From NCBI GenBank assembly GCA_963768655.1, contig CAVYIM010000006.1, forward strand, positions 160,001 to 224,000: a stretch of DNA of 64,000 nucleotides, in the 5' to 3' direction. The notes beneath the pieces were generated by a model. It had not been told where the DNA came from and searched no databases. It was given only the letters and a program-made list of their open reading frames with translations. How positions within the stretch are numbered: position 1 is the stretch's first letter; each line of letters opens with the position of its first letter. Positions 54,710-64,000 of this stretch are shown here, in pieces. The position numbers and the translations under genes are program-made. Source of the stretch: an uncultured Chloroflexia bacterium (GTDB lineage Bacteria; Chloroflexota; Limnocylindria; Limnocylindrales; CSP1-4).

Positions 54710-56384
54710 ATGGAGGTAGCGGGGGCGGACATAGTCGACTCCGATGCCGCCTCGTCTGTCCCAGACTCTGAGGCCTCCGTGAGAGTGCCCACGACATGGC
54801 AGATCAATTGGGCCGTGATCGGAACGGCCGCACTCCTTGGCGTCGTGGTGATCACGGCTCTGGCGTTGCGTGTTGTTGGCCTCGGGTGGGGTAAGCCGTT
54901 CGTCTACCATCCGGACGAATGGGTGGTCGCCAACCCAGCCATGGACATGATTTCGGACTGGATCATGGAATCCCCACTTGTTCTGGTACCCATCCGGGCT
55001 GATCTACGTCGAGACCTTCCTCGTGGCCGTCCTGCACCAGCTACACCCCTCGGTTTCGTTGGTGACTTCAGCTCCCCCGTCCTCCGAAGCTCTCCCCGAA
55101 CAGTTCATCTTCTTCTATGCAGGGAGAGCTTTCGTAGCGGTGATCGGCGCCGTGATGGTGATCCCGACCTATCTGGCGGCCCGTTCGGTCTCGAACGTCA
55201 TCGGTGGCATCACGGCGGCGGTCGCGATCGCCATAGCTCCTCTCGCCGTCACGAACTCGCACTACCTTACGACGGACGTTCCATCGGCTGCGTTGGCGGT
55301 CTTGACCCTGTGGCTGTCGCTCCGCGGTTTGGCGGGCAATAGGCGGTGGCTGGTCGCCGCCGGCTTCGCAGCTGGCCTTGCTGCGTCGACGAAGTACAAC
55401 GCCGGACTGGTCGTCATCGTCCCGCTGATCGTGCTGTTGACTTCGGGCCCGCCCCGACAATTGCTGCGAAGGCCCACAATTGCGACCGCTGGTCTGATCG
55501 TGCTCGCCGCCATGGCCGGGTTCGTCCTGCTCACCCCCGCCGTCCTTCTGGATGCGTCCGACGTCTGGACGGGCGGGATCCTCTATCAGCTCCAGGCCTA
55601 TTCTGGCGGGCACCTCGGAGCGGAGGGGTCGGACAACGCGGTCTACTTCCTTCGCGTCCTGTGGGGGGAAGATGGGCTCGGCCCCGGCCTGTTCGTCCTG
55701 GCAGGGCTGGGTCTGATCATCGCCGGCGTTCAGCATCGGCGAGCCGACGTTGCCGTGCTTTGCTTCGTCATTGCTTACTACGTGATGATCTCTCTGCCGC
55801 CTGTGCGTTTCGACCGGAACCTCCTCCCATTGCTGCCGTTCTTCGCGGTCCTCGCAGGCCGGACGATCGGCTGGTTTGTCGACTTGTTGACGTCCCATCT
55901 GCGACAGCTGACCGACTACCGGCGACGGATCCCCTCGCTGGCGGCGGGACTTGCCATAGTCGCGGTCGCGGCCACGCCGTCTTTCACCGCGGCCGTCGCG
56001 AGCGATCGGGAGTTCCGCACAACGGACACTCGCACGATCGCCCTGGACTGGATCGAGCGGAACATCCCGCGCGGGGCGACCATCGCCCGAGAGGAGTACA
56101 CGCCGCAGATCCCGGCCTCTGAGTACAAGGTCAGCTACGAGCAACCGCTGGCAAGGCAGCCTCTGGTCTGGTACCGATCCCGCTTCGACTATCTGGTGGC
56201 CAGCAGCCAGGCCTTCGACAGGTACTGGGGGCACTCGCCTGAGGATGCGTTCTACAGTTCGCTGCTGGCACTGCCCGCCGTCCTGGACCTGCGGCCGAAG
56301 GCGGGGCAGCAAGGCCCACGGGTGGTCATCGTCAGGCTCCGCGTCCCGGCGAGTGCTCGCCTCCTGGCGCCGGGGTCGGGGTAG
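54710..56384 (+). CDS. GT-C fold membrane glycosyltransferase (ArnT/PMT_2-like); frameshift at 54951-54953
   Basis: LRVVGLGWG...HPDE, SHYLTTD, GLAASTKYN, DTRTIALDWI; many TMs. Removing one T gives MIRTGSWNPHLFWYP. Confidence 0.85.
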
Positions 56385-56453
56385 GCTCCGGGCCGGTGAT
56401 CCGAAGTGAGGCTCGTTCTCTGGTGTCAGGGCCGGCCGCCCGTCGCAGCCGTT

Positions 56454-56490
56454 AGAACAGCCGTGCTAAACATGCCTCAGGCGGTATACT
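56454..56490 (+). promoter_or_regulatory. uvrB promoter: degenerate LexA box and -10
   Basis: AGAACAGCCGTGCT (one mismatch to GAAC-N4-GTTC) at 56454-56467; TATACT at 56485-56490. Confidence 0.45.
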
Positions 56491-56515
56491 CGGGGCCAAC
56501 GCCGACGAGGTTCTC

Positions 56516-58903
56516 GTGCCCGACTTTCGGCTCGTTGCCGACTTCAAGCCGACCGGCGACCAGCCTGCCGCCATCGAGCAGCTCAGCGAAGGCCTGGCCA
56601 GGGGCCTGCGCCATCAGACATTGCTGGGCGCGACCGGAACGGGCAAGACGTTTGCGATTGCCTCGGTCATAGAGCGGCACCAAAAGCCGACTCTGGTGCT
56701 GGCCCACAACAAGACACTGGCGGCCCAGCTGTACTCGGAATTCCGCGAATTCTTCCCGGACAACGCCGTCGAGTATTACGTCAGCTACTTCGACTACTAC
56801 CAGCCTGAGGCATATCTGCCACGCTCGGACACGTACATCGAAAAGGATTCCAGCCGCAACGACGAGATCGACAAATTGCGGCACGCGGCCACGAAGGCGC
56901 TGTTCGAACGCCGCGATGTGATCATCGTCGCCAGCGTCAGCTGCATCTATGGCCTCGGCGCCCCGGTCGACTACGGGGCGACGGTCCTGCGGCTGCGCGT
57001 CGGCGGGCAGTACCGGCGCGATGCCGTGCTGCGACACCTCGTCGACCTGCAATACCAGCGCAACGACGCCGCTCTGTCGCGGGCCCGTTTTCGCGTGCGC
57101 GGCGACACGCTGGAACTGATCCCTGCCGCGGAAGACCGCCTGGTCCGGGTCGAATTCTTCGGCGACGAGGTGGAGCGCATCACCGAACTCGATCCGCTGA
57201 CCGGTGAGCTGCTCGCCGAGCGCAAGGACGTGAACGTGTACCCGGCCAGCCACTTCGTGACGCCGGCCGACAAGCTCATGGCGGCCATCAAGTCGATCGG
57301 CGACGAGATGGAGATCCGAGTCGGCGAGCTGGAGGCACAGGGGCGCGAGCTCGAAGCGGCCAGGCTTCGGCAGCGTACGACCTTCGATCTCGAGATGATG
57401 CGCGAGCTCGGCTACTGCACCGGCATCGAGAACTACAGCCGCCACCTGTCGGGGCGAGAGGCCGGGTCTCGTCCGTGGACGCTCCTCGACTACTTCCCGC
57501 CCGACTGGCTGCTCGTCGTCGATGAGAGCCACATGTCCATCCAGCAGGTGGTCGGGATGTACAAGAACGACCGAACGCGCAAAGAGATTCTCGTCGACTT
57601 CGGCTTCCGGCTTCCTTCCGCGCTCGACAACCGTCCGCTCACGTTCGAAGAATTCGAAGCCAGCGTCAACCAGGCCGTCTACATGAGCGCGACGCCAGGT
57701 CCATATGAGCTGGAACGTAGCCAGCAGGTGGTCGAGCAGCTGATTCGTCCCACGGGCGTTGTCGATCCCCATATAGTCGTGAAGCCGACGGAAGGGCAGA
57801 TTGACGATCTTCTCGATCTGATCCGCAGTCGCGTTGAACGAAATGAACGTGCCCTCGTTACCACTCTGACGAAGAAGATGGCTGAAGATCTGGCTGACTA
57901 TCTCCATGAACTCGGCGTCAAGGTCCAATACCTCCACTCGGAAGTCGACACGCTGGAGAGAGTCCAGATCCTGCGGGACCTGCGATTGGGCGTGTATGAT
58001 GTCGTCGTCGGCATAAACCTGCTTCGCGAGGGAATTGACCTGCCCGAAGTTACCCTTGTGGCTATTCTCGACGCCGACAAGGAAGGGTTCCTGCGCAGCG
58101 CGTGGTCGCTGGTGCAGATGATCGGTCGCGCGGCGCGTAATATCGGCGGAGAGGTCGTGATGTACGCCGACCACATGACCGACTCGATGAAGGCCGCGAT
58201 CGATGAGACGAACAGGCGACGAGCGATACAGGAGCTCTACAACGGCGAGCACAACATCGAGCCCGTCACGATCGTAAAGGGGATCCGCGACATCAACGAT
58301 CGGCTGCGGGCGGTGGCGGAAGCCCACGGGACCTATGCGACGGCACCGGGACAGGAGCGTGCCTTCACGGCGCTGGCGAAAGAGCAGGTCGAGAAGCTGG
58401 TGGCGCAGATGGAGGCGGAGATGCGCCAGGCTGCCCGGGACCTGGAGTTCGAGCGTGCGGCGGCCCTGCGCGACGAGATCCAGGAGATCCGGCTGCGCGT
58501 GCTCGAGGAGGACAAGTCCGCGGCGGTAGCTCGCTCGGCGGAAAGGGCGGCCAGGGATCGGCCCGTGGCCGCTTCTGGCGATCGGTTGGCGCCGGCGCGA
58601 TCTGGTCGTACGATCAAGCCCGTTCGCCAGGCGGCACGACGCGGACGTGCCGGGGCGGACGGGGGCCAGTTGGACGCAGCGGCGCTCGACGTGACGGAGG
58701 TCCGGGTGATGGCGGCCGTGGAGCCGGACGAGTTCGTAACGGCGGCGACCGCGTCAGACTGGCTGCCGGGCATTCGAGATGAGCACGAAGACGACGGCTG
58801 GGCCGCCAAGTGGATCGAGCGGCCCACCTGGGATCACACCGTCACACCGAACGTGATCAAGCGCACCGGACAGCGACCGGCGCGCGGCCGGCGGGGCCGG
58901 TAG
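56516..58903 (+). CDS. uvrB: excinuclease ABC subunit B
   Basis: [54 protein letters not shown] domain. Confidence 0.98.
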   Translation: MPDFRLVADFKPTGDQPAAIEQLSEGLARGLRHQTLLGATGTGKTFAIASVIERHQKPTLVLAHNKTLAAQLYSEFREFFPDNAVEYYVSYFDYYQPEAYLPRSDTYIEKDSSRNDEIDKLRHAATKALFERRDVIIVASVSCIYGLGAPVDYGATVLRLRVGGQYRRDAVLRHLVDLQYQRNDAALSRARFRVRGDTLELIPAAEDRLVRVEFFGDEVERITELDPLTGELLAERKDVNVYPASHFVTPADKLMAAIKSIGDEMEIRVGELEAQGRELEAARLRQRTTFDLEMMRELGYCTGIENYSRHLSGREAGSRPWTLLDYFPPDWLLVVDESHMSIQQVVGMYKNDRTRKEILVDFGFRLPSALDNRPLTFEEFEASVNQAVYMSATPGPYELERSQQVVEQLIRPTGVVDPHIVVKPTEGQIDDLLDLIRSRVERNERALVTTLTKKMAEDLADYLHELGVKVQYLHSEVDTLERVQILRDLRLGVYDVVVGINLLREGIDLPEVTLVAILDADKEGFLRSAWSLVQMIGRAARNIGGEVVMYADHMTDSMKAAIDETNRRRAIQELYNGEHNIEPVTIVKGIRDINDRLRAVAEAHGTYATAPGQERAFTALAKEQVEKLVAQMEAEMRQAARDLEFERAAALRDEIQEIRLRVLEEDKSAAVARSAERAARDRPVAASGDRLAPARSGRTIKPVRQAARRGRAGADGGQLDAAALDVTEVRVMAAVEPDEFVTAATASDWLPGIRDEHEDDGWAAKWIERPTWDHTVTPNVIKRTGQRPARGRRGR

Positions 58904-58939
58904 CGCGGCGGACGCGCCGAGAACATCACAGGAGGATCA

Positions 58940-59434
58940 ATGGATCCGTTGAGTGAGGCCTTCCAGCACCACACCTGGGCCACCGAGGAGCTGATCAGGC
59001 ATCTTCGCAAGCTGCCCAAGGAGGCACTCAGAGCCAGCTCGCCAGGTGTGTACGGCGAAGTGCTGGCCACGCTTTCGCATCTTATCTCCGCTGATTCGCG
59101 CTACCTCCGCTACCTGGAAGGCACGCCGCCCCCGCCGAAGACCGGACCGGACATCGTGCGGACGCTCGACGAGCTGTCCGACCTGCTGCGCGACCAGGCG
59201 GTCCGCTGGCGCGTCGTCCTGGCACGCGCGGGCGAGCTCGACATCACGCTGCCGGCCCGCGGTGCGAGGCCGGTTCTGCCGCACGCCACGAACCTGCTCT
59301 TCGCGCAGGCGCTCCACCACGGCAACGACCACCGCACCCAGATCTGCACGATTCTGTCGTCGAACGGTTTCGAGAGCCCGGATCTGGACGTGTGGCGTTA
59401 CTGGATGGAGAGGCGCTTCGAGAAGCCGCGCTGA
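58940..59434 (+). CDS. DinB family protein
   Basis: HHTWAT, TLSHLI, QALHHGNDHRTQI, PDLDVW; AGGAGG RBS. Confidence 0.88.
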   Translation: MDPLSEAFQHHTWATEELIRHLRKLPKEALRASSPGVYGEVLATLSHLISADSRYLRYLEGTPPPPKTGPDIVRTLDELSDLLRDQAVRWRVVLARAGELDITLPARGARPVLPHATNLLFAQALHHGNDHRTQICTILSSNGFESPDLDVWRYWMERRFEKPR

Positions 59435-59452
59435 GGCGCGGGGCGGCGCCGC

Positions 59453-60610
59453 TCAGGACCGGCGCGTCAGGGCCCGCCGTCCCCCGAATACGAGGAGGGC
59501 GAGCATCACCAGGATCATCAGCAGCGACCCGCGCAGCGTAACCGCGCCGGCGACCGTGCCGATGACCGGCGGCCCGATCAGGCCGCCGGCGTAGCCCATC
59601 GTCGAGACCGCGGCAATCCCCACGGACGCCGGAATCCCCGGTTGCGACCCCGCCGCGCGGAAGAGCGTCGGTACCACTGCAGCCAGGCCCAGGCCCATCA
59701 GCCCGAACCCGACGATCGCCACGGCCGGGATCTGTACCGCCAGCGCGAGACCCAGCCCGAGCGCCGCGAGGGCCGCCCCGCCGCTCACGAGGCGCGCCGA
59801 GCCGAGAGCGACTGCGAGCCGGTCGCCGGCGAGTCGGGCGATTGCCATGCACCCGGTGAAGGTCGTTACCGCCAGGCCGGCAATGCCCTGGGAAGCATTC
59901 ATCGTGCTCTGGAGGTACACGGCGCTCCAGTCGGTGGCGGAACCTTCGGCCATGAGTCCGCAGATCGCCAGAGTGCCGAGCAGCACCAATGGACCGGTAG
60001 GCAGCTGGATCCGCCCGCCGCCCTCGACGTGTTTGTCGGGCAGCATCGTGAAACGCAGGATCACCCCGCCGATCGCGAAGCCGGCGGCCGCGACTGCGAA
60101 TTCGGGCAGGACCGGAATACCCATCGCTGCGACCTGCGTGCTCACCAGCGCGCCGAAGAAGGCGCCGATGCTCCAGGACGCGTGAAGCCGCGACATGATC
60201 GGGCCGGCGCCGGCATGCTCGACCGCGATGCCGTTGGCGTTCATCGAGACGTCCATAGTGCCCTGGAAGACGCCGAAGGCGAGCAGGCTGAGGGTGAGGC
60301 TGACGAAGTTGAACGACGCCCCGATGAAGACCGTCATCACCGCGCAGCCGACGGTGGTCAGCGGCGTCATCACGTGGGTCCCAAACTTGCTGCCGAGCCA
60401 GCCGCCCAGGGTCATCGTCAGGACGGCGCCGACCGAAGCTCCGAGCAGCGCGAACCCCAGACCGGCGGCGTCGAGGCCCGTCTGCTCCTTCACGGCCGGA
60501 ATGCGCGCGGCCCAGATCCCGAAGGACGCGCCGTTGAGCGTGAACGCGGCCGCGACCGCCGCGGCGTGCAGACGCAGCTTGGGCCGGGCGACCGGCGGCG
60601 CGAGCGTCAT
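59453..60610 (-). CDS. MFS transporter
   Basis: About 12 TMs; WAARIPAVK, DVSMNA, SRLHASWSIG, EGSATDWS, GPPVIG. Confidence 0.92.
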   Translation of the reverse strand: MTLAPPVARPKLRLHAAAVAAAFTLNGASFGIWAARIPAVKEQTGLDAAGLGFALLGASVGAVLTMTLGGWLGSKFGTHVMTPLTTVGCAVMTVFIGASFNFVSLTLSLLAFGVFQGTMDVSMNANGIAVEHAGAGPIMSRLHASWSIGAFFGALVSTQVAAMGIPVLPEFAVAAAGFAIGGVILRFTMLPDKHVEGGGRIQLPTGPLVLLGTLAICGLMAEGSATDWSAVYLQSTMNASQGIAGLAVTTFTGCMAIARLAGDRLAVALGSARLVSGGAALAALGLGLALAVQIPAVAIVGFGLMGLGLAAVVPTLFRAAGSQPGIPASVGIAAVSTMGYAGGLIGPPVIGTVAGAVTLRGSLLMILVMLALLVFGGRRALTRRS

Positions 60611-60936
60611 GCCGCCACTCCGAGTGCGCGGGTGACGGCCACCAGCACAACCGCGGCCGCGACTCCGGGGAGCAGGAGGCGAGTCCGGGCCACGACCAGG
60701 ACGCAAACGCCGACGGCGATCGGCTCGATGCCGATGAGGATGTGGGGCGGCTTGTCGGACGTGAGCAGGCAGTTGACTGCCGCGAGGGCCGCGAGCGCGG
60801 CCGGCCCGGCCAGCCGCAGATAGGAGACCGCCCACGACGGCAGCCGCTCGATCCCGGGCGCGAGCATGGGCAGGGCGCGAGAGGGATACGTAACCGCCCA
60901 CATCAGGAAAGCGAGGGGCACCAGGGCGACGCTCAC
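60607..60936 (-). CDS. AzlD-like branched-chain amino acid exporter small subunit
   Basis: VTYPSRALP...LPSWAVSYL...PAALAAL; coupled to the AzlC-like and MFS genes by 4-nt overlaps. Confidence 0.8.
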   Translation of the reverse strand: MSVALVPLAFLMWAVTYPSRALPMLAPGIERLPSWAVSYLRLAGPAALAALAAVNCLLTSDKPPHILIGIEPIAVGVCVLVVARTRLLLPGVAAAVVLVAVTRALGVAA

Positions 60937-61715
60937 GGCAGGCCCGCCTGAGCCGACGGCTCGGGTGTCTCCGGGGCGCTCGATTCTTCGTTGGCCGAGG
61001 GTGGCACGGTCAGGCCGAAGCAGGGCCCGATGAGTGCCCCGGCAACCAGCCCGAACGACGCCCCGAGAACCAGCCCGACCGGCACGGCAACGGCAACCGC
61101 GCCGAGGGCGGCCGCAACGTCGCGGCGTCCGGAAACCATCCCGAGCGACAGGCCGGCCATGGCGGCCGGGAAGGCGATGTCCAGGCCCAGCCGGTTCGTG
61201 TCGACGGCGCCGGCGACCACGTAGCCGAGGCAGGAGCCGACGGTCCACGGCACGAAGATGGCCATCGCCGCGATCCAATAGCCTCGCCGCTCGAACGAGC
61301 CGATGCGGCGGAAATGGGCCAACGCCAGGGCGAACGTCTCGTCGGTCAGGAAGTGGGCCAATACCGCCCGCTCGCGCCTGGACCGAGCACTCACGTAGGG
61401 CCCGACCGCCGCGGAATAGAGGAGGTGGCGCGCGTTGATCAGAGCCACGACGGTCGCGATGGCCAGCCACGACGCGCCATCCTTGACGAGGCCCGCGGCG
61501 GCGAACTGGGCTCCGCCGGCGAGGGCGATCGTGGAGTTGGCCAGCACGTCGAGAAACGAGTAATGGGCCTGGAGGGCGGTCAACCCGAAGACCAGTCCAA
61601 CCGGAAGGGCATAGGCGGCGATCGCCAGGCTGTCGCGCGTGAGCTGCCGGCGCGACTCGCGGATGGCGTCCGAGGTCCCGGTCGCGGCCATCGTTGTTGC
61701 GGAACCCCCGTTCAT
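60933..61715 (-). CDS. AzlC family permease
   Basis: AGGAQFAA, INARHLLYS, LTDETFA, LGLDIAFPA. Confidence 0.9.
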   Translation of the reverse strand: MNGGSATTMAATGTSDAIRESRRQLTRDSLAIAAYALPVGLVFGLTALQAHYSFLDVLANSTIALAGGAQFAAAGLVKDGASWLAIATVVALINARHLLYSAAVGPYVSARSRRERAVLAHFLTDETFALALAHFRRIGSFERRGYWIAAMAIFVPWTVGSCLGYVVAGAVDTNRLGLDIAFPAAMAGLSLGMVSGRRDVAAALGAVAVAVPVGLVLGASFGLVAGALIGPCFGLTVPPSANEESSAPETPEPSAQAGLP

Positions 61716-61908
61716 GCTTGCCTTCCTCGCCCCCCGTTCTCGCTGGCCCGGACGTCGGATGTTACCGGACGCCGCCCGGGAGCGCGGCGTGAGTCGGTGG
61801 AGCGCCGCCGTGCCAGGCCAGGACACGGTGGAGGAGCGCACGCACGGCCAGACTCGCAGGCAGGTTCGACAAGAGGTCGTCAGGCGCAATCGAGGCGGCA
61901 CGATGTCA

Positions 61909-61945
61909 CGAACGCCTGTTCTGTTTAGGCCGGTTGGCCTACAAT
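61909..61945 (+). promoter_or_regulatory. LexA (SOS) box and -10 element of the uvrA promoter
   Basis: CGAACGCCTGTTCT (GAAC-N4-GTTC) at 61909-61922; TACAAT at 61940-61945, 8 nt before the ATG. Confidence 0.75.
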
Positions 61946-61953
61946 GGCGGCCT

Positions 61954-64000
<2,047 letters not shown>

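Overview
High-GC bacterial chromosome window. The host is probably Chloroflexota and Limnocylindria-like (inference: Uvr[10 protein letters not shown] and GatB ETRGWDE differ from the usual Actinomycetia forms; not tested phylogenetically). The backbone carries core genes: ligA, gatC-gatA-aminotransferase-gatB, dnaE, polA, mutM, an ABC-F ATPase, coaE, uvrB and a 3'-truncated uvrA. There are two accessory regions. (1) A ~7.4-kb element (22243-29671) is integrated at the 3' end of tRNA-Leu(CAA) and bounded by a 19-bp direct repeat. It encodes a pSAM2/AICE-type pra-repSA-xis-int module without a TraB transfer gene or Kor repressor, plus a BrnT/RHH toxin-antitoxin pair, a DUF6941-like gene and membrane cargo. 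(2) A ~17-kb cell-surface cluster (39477-56384) has two papain-fold (C39-like) paralogs and three large secreted proteins built as variable head + Ig-like repeats + one shared triple-repeat C-terminal module ending TGYWK. It also has a PilZ protein, a polysaccharide deacetylase and a GT-C glycosyltransferase. Four genes of this cluster carry single-base frameshifts, two of them in the identical context GATTTCGG. Also notable are a peptidase-S51-like protein fused to a CysRS C-terminal-like domain and repeated leaderless-promoter architecture. No CRISPR array or rRNA was seen. All family assignments come from motif recognition by eye, not from database searches.
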